Part shown: in pieces, positions 49,249 through 63,830 of the stretch
Layout of the letters: each line of letters begins with the position of its first letter
Numbering within the stretch: position 1 is the first letter of the stretch
Source: Callorhinchus milii
Lineage: Eukaryota
Direction of reading: 5' to 3'
Length of the DNA stretch: 64,000 nt
NCBI RefSeq assembly: GCF_018977255.1
Contig: NW_024704743.1
Location: forward strand, 68,078,001 to 68,142,000
Translations under genes and position numbers: made by a program
Notes under the pieces: model-generated
What the model saw: the letters and a program-made list of their open reading frames with translations, nothing else
Told to the model about the DNA's origin: nothing
Databases searched by the model: none

Positions 49249-51489
49249 CATTTTCATCTGCTACTTATCAGTATATTTATTCTTTTTGTCAGTCGAGATA
49301 TCGTTGTGGATAGCAAAGCAAGGCAAGCTCCCAACAATGAATCATATGATTTGAAAAGCTATGAATATTTGCATTTGATATTGTCCCTCATCATGTCAAA
49401 ACTTCTCAAAGTGCTTCATAAACAGTTACAAACCATCACCAAAGGCATTATGGATAGAATCTAGCGCAAAGTTGGTGGGAAAGTGATCTTCCCCATCAAA
49501 TCTGAACAATTCGGCAGTCTGTCCAGATTCACACTTCATCCATTGCGAATTAACTGGGTTGTCAAAGGGTAAATAACATTTAATTTAGATCCACATTCTC
49601 ACCTTAGATCTACATACTCACCTTAAATCTCTCCATGGTCTCGCCCCACCCTGCATGTCCACTTATCAACACTGGACTGACATAATGATTTGTTATATGC
49701 ACTGCCTCCATATCCACAATCGGCCCAATCTCAATTATGTGGATACCAGACTCTCTACTATATTATTGGATGTCACAATTTTCTTTGCTTCTTGTTTCAA
49801 ATTGTGATGAGAATTTAGCAAAATTCTTATTTTCGATTTAAAATATCAACAATATGATTTGTCAGGATCCAAACAATTTTATGTTGATCTTGAGAGTAGT
49901 GAATATAGTTTTCATCCTTGAGCAGTGCACCCTGACATTAAATATTTCCTTTGTCAGCATCATGATAAATATTCTCACTCTAATGTTTAGCTTTTCTAAA
50001 ATATTAATTCACACAATGTGTAAATTTTCCAATAAGTTACAGAAAGGAGTTTCTCCCGGCATCCTGGCCAATAACCTCCCAAATAGAATCGGTTGTTCAC
50101 TTCATAGCTGTTTGTGGGACATTGCTGTGTGCAAATGGGTTGCTGCATTCATCTACAAATCCATAGTCACTGCACTTAGAGTATATCTTTTGAGGCACTT
50201 TAAAATTTCCTCCTGACATGAAAAGTGTTATACCAATGCAAAAGTTATTATTATTAATTCCTTCCAGGAGCAAAATGTACATTTCGATATACAATGTAAG
50301 TAAACATAGAACACAATATTTATCCGCAGACCTCAATGTTTCACGTGTTTTATAATTCTCCTTTCCAACTGTAATGAACGTAATGGTTCTCTGTTAATCC
50401 CATGAAAGACTCTGCTTTCGGGAAAACTACATTCTAAAAATTACACAGTGGGATGAGATACGAAAGCTGTGAGGAAAGCACTCCACAAATGCATCAACAT
50501 GCTTAGAGCTTTTGATTTCCATTAATTCATTACTGAAAATAGATCATAGTCATAAATCTGCTTCCAATTCTATCAAAAAAGCTGCAAAAATATGGGTAAA
50601 CCAGCAAACATTTGAAATTGTTCCTCTCTGCTGGCAAGCTGCAGCATACTGTGAATGTAAATTGCATGTGCAATGATACTGCTTTGTTTTCTTTTTCCAA
50701 GTTATCTCAGAGTTTTCATACTTTTCATTTGAATTTTCAGTGTGTTCTTATTTCCTCTACCTCAGTGCTAGTGTGATAAATTTGTAAGGCAATCACTGAC
50801 AGCTGAATCCCGTCAGAGTGAAAAAAATTTCAGCCCTCTATAAAACAAATAATAATAGTAATCCTTGCATTTGATATAATTTGCTCTCTCTTTGCTTGAC
50901 TTCAGATTGCACCTGAAGACTTTCCTCTTCAACCATGCCTAGAATCATCTCCCCTTTCTCCGCTGCTTGGCATCAAACTAAACTAATGTTCGGTACTTCA
51001 AGACGCTACCCCTGTGAAGGGCATTAGAAAAACACAAGTTGCTGTCTGAAAGTTCTTAGGATTTACTGTAAAATACAGTGACTTTTTTATTTTGTAGGTG
51101 AGCGTGGGCAATGAGCACCTAGCAATGTCCCACGAACAGTCATGAAGCGAATGACTCATTTTATCTGAAGGATTCTTGGCCAGGATATTAAGAACAACTC
51201 TCTTTTCAAGTAGTGCCATGGCATTATTAGCATCCACCTGAAAAAGCAGATGGACCCATGGTTTATCATCCCCCCAGCAATGCACTAGAATGTCAGCAAG
51301 ACGGTGAGTTAAATCAATAAATGCAATTCATAAAAACTACATTTACTCCTGATTTGATCACTGTAATTGCCATTTTCTGTATATGGACAAAATTAGAATT
51401 ACCAAAAGTTATTTGTTTCTGACATATTTTAAAATTTCAAAGATCCTTGTTCGGTTGTCATCAAGATCCCATCATTTATTGATTGCCAT

Positions 51490-52440
51490 AGCCATAGAAT
51501 CATAGAAATTTGCAGCACAGAGGAAGGTTATTTGGCCCATCTGTGCTGGCTCTTTTAAAGAACAATCCCTCAAGTCCCATTTACCTGCTCTCTCCCCATA
51601 CCCATGAATTTTATTCCTTTTTAAATATCTAGCTAGTTCCTTTTTGAAAGTTAATACGTATTCTGATTCAATCACTACACCCGGCATGGTATTTCATATC
51701 CTAAGCACTCTGTGCGTGATAAACAATTCTTCTAAACTACCCATTTGCCTTATTGCTAGCTATCTTAAATTATTACACTCTTGTCACTGACTCACCGACC
51801 GTTGGGAATTACCTCAGGAAGGGCATTAAGACACTGGAAAGGGTGCAGAGGAGATTCACGAGAATGATACCAGGAATGGGGAACCTTAGCTATGAGGACA
51901 GGCTGGAGAAGTTAGGACTTTTCCCATTAGAGCAGAGAAGGTTACGCGGGGACCTGATAGAGGCCTTCAAGATCATGAAAGGTTTCGACAGGCTAGATAA
52001 GGAAAAGCTGTTTCCTCTGGTAGGTGCGTCTGTGACCCGTGGTCAAAGTCTTAAGATATCTACCAAAAGAAGCAGAGGGGAGGTTAGAATAGATTTTTTC
52101 ACTCAGCGAGTTGTTTGAATTTAGAATGATCTGCCTGAAAGGGCAGTGAAGTCCGATTCGATAACAGCTTTTAAGAGAGAACTGGATAGTTATCTGGGGA
52201 AGATGGGTTTGCAGGGTTATGGGGAGAAAGCTGGTGATTGGAGTTAGTGAAAGTGACTGCTCTGTCAAAGAGCCACACAGACTCGGTGGGCCGAATGGCC
52301 TCCTTCTGTGCCGTAACATTCTATGAATCTATGAATCTATGAATCATTTCTGCTTATTAACTATTAAAGTGCCTCAGAATTGTAAAGACCTAGATCAGGT
52401 CACCCTTCAACCTTCTTTGTTTTTCCTGCTGTTTTCTAAT
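51490..52440 (-). mobile_element. CR1 3' portion hosting an oppositely oriented CR1
   Basis: catagaatcatagaa tail at 51490; resumes after 52345 (RRLKGDLI on the minus strand). Confidence 0.7.
51803..52345 (+). mobile_element. Younger CR1 3' portion
   Basis: LERVQRRFTRMIPG...RRLRGDLIEAFKIMKG...FFTQRVV, 3' UTR and (tctatgaa)n tail. Confidence 0.93.
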
Positions 52441-53924
52441 TTTTTTGCTACAATTCCACCTCATACCTTCATTCTGAATCTCACATATGGGCCACAATAA
52501 ACCTTTCCACTCCATGCCTAAGTGCTTAAGGAATGTGATGGGCTGAATGGCCTCTTCCTGTTCTTGTAAATCCAAGTGTTCATCTTGAAAAGAATAATAT
52601 GGATTAAATTAAGTGGCTCATGTGGAGAAAACAGCAGAGAAGACATGATGGGATGACTATTTTCTGCCTTGTAAAATTCAATAGTTCTAGTATAAGTCTT
52701 ATCCACTTGACTTCCATTTGGACTTTTCTTTTGTTGGCAAAAGATGAAAAAGACCAAAGAACTCCCTGCCCCTTCTCAATACAATCCTGCAGAATTGTAT
52801 CCAAGTTAAAGTTAGCATTTACAGGGACCCCTGCATACTGAATCAACATTACATGTATACTTCTCCTCCTGTATCTTCAATTGTTTTTTGTTTCCTAATT
52901 GACCCTTGCACAACCAAATCACTAGACTTTCAATTATTTGCAACCTCAGGCATTGCAGTGATAAGGACCATTGCATTTGAATTGTGAGAATAAGCAGCTC
53001 AGTGTACATAAGTAGAAATGGTGACTCGGACACAACATTAGAATGTAAGCAGACATTGAGGAAAATTCCATCGAGGGAGAGAGCACTCAAATCTCAAATA
53101 TTTGCTACTTAATTTGGTTAGTGAATATTGGGTTGTTTAGAATCTCAAATCTTCTGGGTTTTGAATACATTTATCTTGGTCACATAGGGTAGCAATCACA
53201 AATCATAGGTTGCTTGGAAATAATGTACAAAATTATCAGTATTTCAAAATTATTGTACCAAAAGTCATGTTATTTATGTGTTATCAATTGTACAGGTTCA
53301 CAGGGTTTATGTTTATAGTTTGAGTAAAAAGTCTTTGCACAAAATAAATTATATGCTTTGGGAAATATCGAGCACATTCTACATAAATGTTTCATATAAA
53401 CTGTTGTTACAAACACATATCCATTCCAATTCATATAATCAAATAATAAAGCTTCTGTCATTCATTTTCTGTCTTCAATGGGAAACTGTCAAATTGTTAT
53501 TTTAAATAATAGAGTTTTTGTGGCAGTGTTACTGAATTCACCCATACATAAACTTACTCATGTTTAGTCGCTTACGCTTTTTGATTTCTTTAGTGGGCAG
53601 AGATGTAAATGATTAGGTATTAGATTCAAGTTAACTCTAGGTTTATGCAGAGCTGTTTCCAAAATGGTTACTGACACAGTAAACAGGTCACTCCCATATC
53701 CAGCTTGTGTCTTTGTTATTCTCATTTTTCTTCAAGAATAAAAAAGTTGGGGGGAAAACTTGGGACCTGTGATATTACTTGACATTGGTGATAATTTTTG
53801 AATTATTGGAAATTCCACTTGTTGATGTGTTAATTTATCAACTGTTCTGTGAGTATGACTGCAATCAATAACTCCATCAGGGAGGCTCCATTCATCAGGC
53901 TCCCCTGTCTCCTAACGGATTGAT

Positions 53925-54345
53925 TTTTCACCCACAAATATACAGTCAATTCACTTAACAGTATATTCTGTGAAGTGCTTTGAGACGTCTAGAAGACGTG
54001 AAAAGTACTATATCAAATGCAAGAATTATTATTATTATATATTAGATTAGATTTTCACGTACCTCACCCTTATCTAGAAATCCCTCCACATTCTAAGCAC
54101 CTCCCTATGCACCGCTCTGACCTTCTACCCCATTCCCTTGCTTACCTCCTCTGCTTGGCACCTTCAAGATCCACCTAAAGACCCTCATCTTCGACCGTGC
54201 TTTCGATCTCTCTGCTTCCCCCCGCCCTCCACCTTTCCCCACCCTGACCCTCAGCTCGGGTCCATAACTCTGTCTGTCCGGGCCTTGGGATGTCCTCCCG
54301 ACGTGAAAGGCACTATTCAAATGTAATTCTGTGGTTGTTGTTGGT
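53925..54345 (+). mobile_element. SINE tail (53925-54040) followed by an L2 3' end
   Basis: Matches the SINE tail and the L2 3' UTR and hairpin. Confidence 0.8.
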
Positions 54346-55094
54346 TCCCCACCATCAATGGCTGAACCGTCAGTAAATGCGCTCCTACTTTCTAGGACTC
54401 CTAACCCCTCTGTCACACCCCCCTCTCTCTAGCTATATTTAAATTAGTTTCTCTTTGACTGTACCAATGATTGTACCAATATCAATCCCTGTACCACCAT
54501 CCCTGTAAAGCGCTCCTGAGACATTATCCTACATGAAGAGTGCTATTTAAGTGCAGGTTGTTGTAGTTGTTGATGGTCTTGTTGCTGACCCATGGCACCC
54601 ATTTTGATTGTCAGCTATGTATTTTAGTGTTGGTTCTCAGTGTACTGACTTAACTCATCCAAACCAATAATTTATATTGTCAGTTTCATGTCACGTTTCA
54701 CATTTCAAAGAGCTTCACAGGGTGGACTGTGAGCCTGAGCTAAGCGAAGGAGAAGATGAAGAAGAGTGGTGGGGGGGGAGCAACACCAACAACGTACATT
54801 TATATATAGTACCCCTTACGCATAGTAACCCTCATGGGTAGAGTCTCGGAGCGCTTAATAAAGGCGGAGCCGGTGGGGGGGTGGAAGGTAACCATCAGCA
54901 TGGTTCAAGAGGTAGTCGGTAGTGGGAGTAAGTAGGGTGCCGAGATAGAGAGATGTCAGGGCATGAAAGGATTTTTAGATGAATGTGAGGATCTTGAAGT
55001 TAATCCATTCTGGTGAGGACTGATGTAATGGGGGTATAGAGTTTAGAGAGGGCGAGCATATGAGTTTTGAATTAGACCATCAAACATTTTTTTT

Positions 55095-55274
55095 TGAAGG
55101 ATATTATTACCCCCAGAAAGCCATTCGACTAACAACCGGGATCCTACTTATTGCTGGGTAAAAAGAGGCATGTGGAGTAAGGAAACTTGCCTAATGTATC
55201 ACCCTGCCTGGGAATCAAACCAGGGTCCTCTCACTTGCGATGGGAGTGCTCTAACTAGTACACTACAGGACTCC
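55095..55274 (-). mobile_element. Long-subfamily SINE 5' part
   Basis: Reverse of the 19105-19290 type; another copy lies at 56085-56266. Confidence 0.82.
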
Positions 55275-58046
55275 AATAAAAACGGATTCAGTTAATGGCA
55301 CCAGTTTAAAACTGTCAGTTGAATCCATTAAACACATACATTGAGGCAGCCCCAGAGCTGGATTGGCATAATTTATGCTGTGGTATTTTGGAAGATCTGC
55401 GTTCCACTTCCATCTGTGACTGGTGATCCCAATTGGACTTGTTCTGGATGACAGAAGGTTGACCTTGGCCTGGTCTCAGGATCAGCATGGAGCAAAAGGT
55501 AAGAGAAAGGAACAGGATTGAGTTGGCTTGTGTCTGACTGCCTGTTTGACTGTGCTCTCAGCTTTTGTTTAGGCGATCACCCCAGGAGGCCACAAAATCA
55601 AACAGGGAATAAATATAGTGATTGCATGATTCATGTGCTTGTTTGAATCTTCACACCATAGTCTTTTAAATTTCCTCATTCTAAAAAATATTCATTATAT
55701 TTATAAAAAGAACTGCTTGTTCTCAATGTTGACAGGGTTTTTATTCTGGGTATTTTCAAGAGTTCAGAAATGATATGACCTCAGTGTGAGAATCCCTGTA
55801 GTCATGATGTTTTATGATTTGATTTAATGGATGAACTGAAAAGGTTTTATTGTGGATGTATAAAAGGGATAAACTGCTATACAACGGTGCAGTAAAATGG
55901 TAATTCAAATGTGTTTGAAGGTAGATCATATGTTTGTACTTACACATTTGAAGCTAAAACATTTTACACCATGAAAATGTAAAAACTTTAATTTTACAAA
56001 ATGAACCTGATGTAAATAAAATGTACAGACCTGCGGACCTAATATTAAATGTGAATAAGGTAACTTATTATGCCCAGAATAAAGGAATCATTACCCCCGG
56101 AAAAGTGAACCACTAATCGACTGATAACCAGGTTCCTACTTACTGCCAGATAAGCAGAGGTGTGTGGAGTAAGGAAACTTGCGCAACATTTCACCCTGCC
56201 CAGGAATCAAACCCAGGTCTCTCACTTGCAATGCGAGTGCTCTAACCACTGAGCTGCAGAACTCCCCAGATGATCTCCCTAGATGATTCAGATAAAAAAA
56301 ACATTTCTAATGACCCAGAATGCGTCCATTTCCATCTCCAGCCTGAATTAGCGCTGCAATTGGTCGCAATGTCCATGGACTTGGGAGAAGAAAGACATCA
56401 GTTGGAGGTCTATGTTCTGATCACTAGCCAGTGATGCTCCTGGAAGGTTTGAACATATGGTTGTTAGATGAGGAAAGGTTCAGCCTTGAGCCCTGTCAAT
56501 AGCTTGCTTCACTCATAACGATTACATGCATTAATGAAGACATCTAGGATGTCATAAGCGCTCTGAGACACGACCCTGCTTGAGGGAAGCAACATGAATG
56601 GGAGTTGTTGTTGTTGTCAAAGTACAATGACTCAGAGCCTGCAGGAGAGGAGGAGAGTAAATTGTGTGTATGTGGGGAAGGAGGGTGGGTGGGTGGGCTG
56701 AAAGGAACGTGAAGGAAACGTAAAAAAGGAAAAGAATGATAATTTAATTATTGATCTTAACACAGTTAATAGGTTTCTCAGCCGTGTCAGATGGTTGGAT
56801 CTCCTCCCTTGTTCATTACTTCTGCTTTTCCTCTTCACTGATGTGAGGTGATCTTAATAATCCTCTTGTACTCACAGTTCATGATCGCACTTCAACCTCT
56901 TGTGTTGGTGAAGCTTCTAATGATTTATTACATTCTCTTCCAAGGTTGGTTACTGGTACTGTAGCAGATTAGTAACGTTTTCTGTTTTAGTTTGGGGTGT
57001 GAAGTTAATTTCTACATTTCCATAGTATATGGTAGTATATCATTTTGTGTATTAATTTTGTAATGGATAGTAAAATGTAAATCTAAAATGAAATAAAAAA
57101 CAGCTCAATAAATTATTCCAATGAAGGAACAGAATGGTATATCTGTTTTCTGGTCTGTCAGATGTTTGACACCATGTGGAAAACCTTTACCGTCTTAAGA
57201 GTATGCCTAAGATTATCCAAACCAGCCTGAGAGTTCCACATATATACGCTGCCTACATGGAAATTTCTCTGTTTCTGAAACAGTATGTTCACTCTCTCCT
57301 TGGATGAACCCACTTTGCTAATTTTATAGACTATTAGCCACGGGTGGGCAAGAGCCAAGGCTTGGGGATGCCAGATTGTGTATCAAGGTAGTATTGGATT
57401 TAACTAGGTAAATCTGCTTAGCTTGCCATTGAGAGCACTGTCTGGCAAGCTTCCCATTGCTTGTCCAGCTAGGTACACTCCACCCATTAGGCTTGCAGAT
57501 TTAGCAGGAGCGATGTGAGAAAGCTGACTCAGTCAGCTCGGCTTCAAGGAGACCCTTGATGATACCTTGATTTATATATTTAAACTGTCCTTGGTTAGTA
57601 TCACATACTTTGTAGAATGGCAATATTTTTCCTATCAATGTGCATGTATACTTGTTTAAAAATATATTCTAATATGTTTTAAAAGGATCATTTGTGTGTA
57701 CAAGACAATAACATTTGAGTACATTAGGAAGTACATGGAACAAAACTGGATGGTTTAATACAATAATAACACTTGCATTTGATATGATTTATGATCATAT
57801 GAATAGAAAATGCTGAAGTATTATGATTATGTATTTCTGGGCAAACGTGGCAGCCAATTGGTATAAGCAGCCATGAAGTGAATAAACATTTTATCTGGAG
57901 GATTGTTGGCCTGGCCACTGGAATAAACGCTTGTTGAATGGTGCCATAGGGTCTTTAATATTCATCTGAACAAGCAGACAGAACCGCAATTTAATGTTTC
58001 ATATACATAACGGCGCTTCCAAAATTACAGCACTGCCCCAATACTG

Positions 58047-58347
58047 TAATAATAATAATAACCCTTTCATTTGATACAGTGCCTTATCATGTCTTCGAGA
58101 TGCCTCAAAGTGCTTCACAGAATATACTGTAAAGTGAAGTGACTGTATATTTTGTGAGCGAAACGCAGCAGCCAATTGGATAAGACCAAATTATTATTAT
58201 TTTGAAGGGATTATTACCCCCAGAAAATGACCCTCCCATCAAACAGAGGTAAGGAAACTTGCCCAATGTTTCACCCTGCCCAGAAATCGAACCCATGTCC
58301 TCTCGTTTGCGAGGCTAGTAATCGAACCACCAAGCTACAGGACTCCA
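58047..58347 (-). mobile_element. Long-subfamily SINE with internal deletions
   Basis: Head at 58347, tail at 58047. Confidence 0.82.
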
Positions 58348-60029
58348 CTATAGGAAAAGTGGGAGGAAAGGGTACTGGAGTATCAGCTAGGTTTAGAGCT
58401 CAAAGGCCTTTGGGTATGAACACACATCCTTCTGCCCCAGAAGCGAGAGTGCTACTCACAGAGCCAAGCTGCTCAATCAATGGGGTCTATTTTAGGTGAT
58501 CACTAAATTGGTGATCTTTTCACTAAAAAAATGTTTTAGCCATAAACATAATTTCCCAATTAGCGACGTTGAAGTAGTGATTTGTTATTCTTGTCAAATG
58601 CAGCAGCAAATCTAAATCAGCATTTTCTCTCAAACTGCAATAAGACAAATATCCAATGAATCCGTGTCTTGATGAATTTCATGAAGAAGGAATATTCGCC
58701 AAGATAGCAATTGAAATCTCTGCTCTTCAAATTACTGCTATCAGATGTTGTTCACCTGAATCATCAGACCTGCAGGTGGGCCCTCAGTTTAAAAGCTCAT
58801 CCAAAATACAGAACTAAATGACAACCTACAATGTTTATGTGGATCAAATGATAGTGGAAGCATTTTGGGTTCATTTCTTGTACTTAATGTTTTTAACTAA
58901 TCTGTCCAAGGGCTCCGTGAGTAAATTCACTGCATGGTGTGGTAATAATCATAATTATTAATTTTAAAAATGTATGCATTTAATATAACCCCTATACAGT
59001 TGAAAACATCTCAAAGCTTTTCATACAGTTTCTGTGAAATGTATTAACTGTGTATTTGTAGATGAAGGTGGCAATCAATTTATTACACAAACATAGAAAC
59101 AGAAGTAGGCTATTCAGTCCCTCAAATGTGTTCTGCCATTTCATAAGATCATGGTTGAGTCCAGTTCCTTGCCTTATCCCTTAATACCCTGACCTAACAA
59201 ATGTCTATCTATTAAACAGCTATTATCAATTTGCCAGAGGCTGTCATCAGGAAAAACTCCATTTTTTCAAAAAAGCCATGAGGTTTTTAATGTCCATCTG
59301 AACAGACAGACGGGAACTCTGTCTCACCTAAAAAATGGCATCTCCAACAATGTAATGCTTCCTTAGCACTGCACTGGGGTGTCAGACTGGAAAATGTGCC
59401 AACGTGGGTCCTCACTAAGTAGAAAGTAGAAAGATTGCTGATTCAATCCCCAGTGTTTACAGACTTGGCTGATCTTAGCTGAGACAACAAATGGGACATT
59501 ACAAATAGGCTCAGTGTTCCCGAGCATTGGAAGAGACAAAAAAATCAATGAGGGATTTTGGTCCAGATCACAATTGAATGACTTCTACTGGAAAGTGCTT
59601 GTTTGTGAAAGTCAGGTAAGGATGGCATTGGGCTGGACAGTTATGGCCCCATTGTCAAGTAGATGTCATTCTGGCTCAGTTGGTAGCACTCTTGGCTCTG
59701 AATCAGAAGTAAGTGGGTTCAAGCCCCACATCGGGACTTTAAACTCATTAAACTAGGTTGATATTCCAATGTAATATTCAATATGCTGGGGTGGTTAGTT
59801 AAGATGTCTTGTGATTATTACATTTAAATATTATTAATTTATTAATACATAACAATTAATCACTAATTAAATACTAATAATTAATTAATAATTAAATATA
59901 TTACAATTTTCATGACCTCAGAGGATAAACATGATGACCTTCAGATAGGAATTCAAACCTAGGTCCAATCTGTCTATTCAGGGGGATATTAAAAATCTCA
60001 TGGCATTATTTGAAAAAATGAATGGAGTT

Positions 60030-61270
60030 TTGTGGTGTAGTAGCTGAAAGCACGACTTCCGATGTTGGGGTGGAGGGTGCGAGGGACGAGCAGGAGGCCG
60101 GTGCCAGTCAAGCGGAGGCGTCGGTTGGTGGAGTGGGGGTGAGGAGGTCGGAGAGGTAGGGAGGTGCCAGGGAGTGAATGGATTTGAACGCGAGAGTGAG
60201 AATCTTGAAGTCGATCCGCTCGGTGATGGAGAGCCAGTGGAGCCTGACCAGAATGGTGAGATGCGGGTATGGAGTTTGGTGTGGGTCAATATGCGGGCGG
60301 CAGAGTTCAGAATGAACTGGAGCTTGTGAATGCTGGAGCTGGGGAGACCAGCGAGGAGTGCGTTGGAGTAATCCAAGCGGGAGGTGACAAACGCATTTCG
60401 GCTGCATTTGGGGTAAGGTACAGTTGGAGGAGGGCAATGTGGCAGAGGTGGAAGAAAGCAGTCCTAGTCAGGGATCGGATGTGGGGGAGGAAGGACAGCT
60501 GGGGGTTGAACTGGAGGCCTTGATTACGCATTGGTTTGGTGAGTCTAAGGGAGAGCCCAGGGGGGTTGAGGAGTTTAGATCCACAGGAGTGAAGATGTTG
60601 AGAGCCAAGGAGGATGGCTTCTGTCTGTCCATATTCAGCTGCAGGAAGTTTACACTCCTCCAGGCCTTGATGTCTGCCAGACAAGCTGATAGAACATTGG
60701 CGGACCTGGAGTTGGCACTGGAAGAGGCAAAGTAGATTTGTGTGTCATCTGCTTACATGTGAAAGTTTACCCCGTGTCTGTGGATGACATCGCCCAGAGG
60801 GAGTGTATAGATAACGAAAAGAAGAGGCCCAAGGACGGAGCCCTGGGATACCCCGCAGGAGACCGAACAGGAGAAACCATTTGCTGAGATGAAATGGAAG
60901 TGGTTAGTTAAGTAGGACTCGAACCACGCGAGTGCGGTCCCACTAAAGTAGATGAGGGAGGAGAGGCGATGGAGGAGGATGGCTGTGTCGAACGCAGCAG
61001 AGAGATCCAGGAGGACAAGGAGGCAGAGGGAGCCCTGGTCACAGATGGAGAGAATGTCGTTTGTGACTTTGACAAGCGCTGTCTCTGTGCTGTGGGCAGA
61101 GCGACAACCAGACTGCAGGGGCTCGAGGAGAGAGTGGAGGGAGAGGTGTGACTGAAGTTGACCTGCAACAATGCATTCCAGGACTTTGGCAAGGAAGGGT
61201 AGATTGGAGATCGGGTGGTAGTGTGTGAGATTAGAGGGATTGAGGGTAGGTTTTTTAAAACAACTCCCTG
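60030..61270 (-). mobile_element. Degenerate L2 RT to C-terminal fragment
   Basis: [33 protein letters not shown], and reverse GVSQGSVLGP at 60825-60855. Confidence 0.88.
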
Positions 61271-61462
61271 CCGATGTTTATAGACCACATGAGTCTCCAT
61301 CCATTCCTTACTCCCTGAATCATCTACACGTCGCTTCATGCAAGCAGTTCCACAACACACTTTCCTCTGTATGAAGTAGTTCCTCCAAAATTATCTTTTA
61401 GATCTCCTAATCACTATCTTATACTTGGTTGCAACTCCCCAATCAGTGGAAACTGCCTATTT

Positions 61463-61992
61463 ACAACAACAACAACAACAACAACAAGATTCCATTTATA
61501 GAGCGCCTTTCATGTCGGGAGGACGTCCCAAAGCGCTGGACAGTTGGGTCAGGACCCGAGCAGGGGGGAAATGGTCAGGGTGAGGGGAAGGAAGGGAGCG
61601 AGCGAGCGAGGAGGGGGGAAATAGTCAGGGTGAGGGGAGGGAAGGGAGGGAGCGAGGAGGGGGTAGAGAGTCGAGAGGGGAGCTGAAGGCACGGTCAAAG
61701 AGAAAGGTCTTGAGACCGGCCTTGAAGGAGGAAAGGGAGGAGGCAAGGCGAGGGACTGGGGGATAGAGTTCCAGAGCCTAGGGGCTGAGAGGCTGAAGGC
61801 CCGGCCACCGATGGTAGGGCAGTTGGGGCTGTCAGCGCCTGAGGTGCGGAGGCGCTGACGCGAGCCAATCAGGAGGGTGTCAGTTTTACGCACGTTGAGC
61901 TGAAGAAAGTTGTCTCTCGTCCAGGACTCGATGTCAGACAGGCAGACTGTCAGGACAACAGTGGTCGTGGAGTTGAGGGTAGAGGAGGAGGA
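61463..61992 (-). mobile_element. Young L2 family A 3' part with a 504-bp in-frame deletion and a ~50-bp tandem duplication in the 3' UTR
   Basis: Nearly identical to 4969-5278 joined to 5783-5945. Confidence 0.93.
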
Positions 61993-62084
61993 AAGATAGG
62001 AAAGGCTTTATGCTAAAGTAGGCTATTGAAGCCACCTGTTGAACTATGTATGCTCTAGTATCCAACACCATTTTCATGACAGAA

Positions 62085-62738
62085 CAGAACAGATCCTGGC
62101 ATTGCATTTTCCAGAATATCATGAAACACCACCAATTGCCAGAGGTCTCTACCTCAGCCAGGCTAATGCGATGTGTCTCCTAGCTGGAAACAGTACATTG
62201 GCAGCCAATTCTCCTCTTTGAAGGTTTTCATGTACCTCATGAAAAAAACTCAAAAGGCTTAGGAGAAAAACCTGACCTGGCATTGAAAGACAAAGATTGG
62301 GACTGATCAGAAGCCGCTATAGTCACCATCTGGAATGGAACAAATCCTAAATTAAAATCCTGGATCACGATTACTGTATATCTCCCAAATTGCATTGGTA
62401 CAGACTTCAGGAGGGCCTGTATGTGTGGGATGGAAGTTATGATTATTCATGGGTTTGGTCCTGCACTGTAATTCAAGCATTCGGAAGAGATCTTGGCTGC
62501 CACTGAAGGATGATGTTACAAGCATAGCAGATGTGCTGACTATTTGGCCTCCCACATAAACGTACATGAAAACCTCCAAAGAGGAGAATTGGCTGCCAGT
62601 CTACTGTTTCCAGCTGGGAAACACATCATATTAGCCTGGCTGAGGCAGAGACCTCTGGCAATTTGTGATATTTTATGATATTCTGTAAAATAATCTCTTT
62701 GGCAAGTATTATATAATGCAATGCCAGGACCTGTTCTG
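62085..62738. repeat. Long inverted repeat (arms 62085-62235 and 62562-62738)
   Basis: By-eye alignment gives 14 mismatches over 151 bp plus one 26-nt indel. Confidence 0.9.
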
Positions 62739-63299
62739 ACTTAAACAGGAGTTGATTTTGATAATATAGGAGTTGATTTTGAGCTATCTCTGCATTAAAA
62801 TGGCCCAAAGGCAACTAAGCGGAATGGCATAATAATTGGGAATATTATAGCAAACCGTGATCCTACCTTCACCCATTGTCCATACACATTTATTTTTGGC
62901 TTCCAATAGAGTTAAGAATGGGAAGTGCATAGAGATCAGGGGAGGAAATCTTGCCCATTTAGTTTTTAGCCAGGGATACAAAGCCCAATTAAGTCCCACT
63001 GGCATGCTGGCTCAGATCAGCTAACTGAGGACAGACAAGCGATTGAAGTAGTGAATTTTCTGATCTCCATATTTCCATGGTCTGGGAATGGTACTGCAGG
63101 AGAAGAACTAATTTCAGCACCCACATAGGAAACAAAAATCAATCAACTTTGCTTTGTCTGCTGCAATTACATGCATGTAAACAAGTAGTCAAATGATTTA
63201 TGTGTATCCATATTCCAACAGAAATTTTTAAATCCGAACATTAAGCTAAAGTTCTAAAGTAATGCAGTTTTGTGTTTTACAGGATACAGCAACAACAAT

Positions 63300-63830
63300 A
63301 ATAATTATAATAACATATAATAATAATCCTTGCATTTAATATAGCGCTTTTCAAGTTTTCCAGATGTCTCAAAGCACATCACAGAATAAAGTGAATTGAC
63401 TGTATATTTGTAGGTGAAACGCAGCAGCCAATTGCGCACAAACAGTCGTGTAGGTATGAGTGTGCATACACTAACACACACACTGACACAGGACAGGTCA
63501 CTGACACGCTGACACAGGCCAACTGTATAATTTCATTTATACAATGTCTTTCACTTCAGGAGATTGTCCAAAGGTGCTGGACAATCGAGAGTTTGCACTC
63601 AAGCTGAGGGTTGGATTCTCAAGAGGTGGTGGCCCAGGGAGATGTGGTGGGAGGGGTTGGAAAGATGACCAAAGGTGTGGTCAAAAGAGGAAGGTCTTGA
63701 GATGGACCTTGAAGGTGGCGAGGCAAAGGGACAGGTTCCAAAGCATGGGGGTAGATAGGCTGAAAGTCTGACCACTAATGGTGGGACGGGCAGTTACATG
63801 GAGGTGAAGCAGGCTGATGAGAGCCTCGTT
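63300..63830 (-). mobile_element. SINE 3' part (63300-63450) and old L2 3' end (63525-63830)
   Basis: Matches the SINE tail and L2 3' end seen elsewhere in the window. Confidence 0.78.

Noticed and set aside
52604..53090. Cluster of overlapping short ORFs in unique DNA
   Set aside because: No recognisable domain or consistent splice structure.
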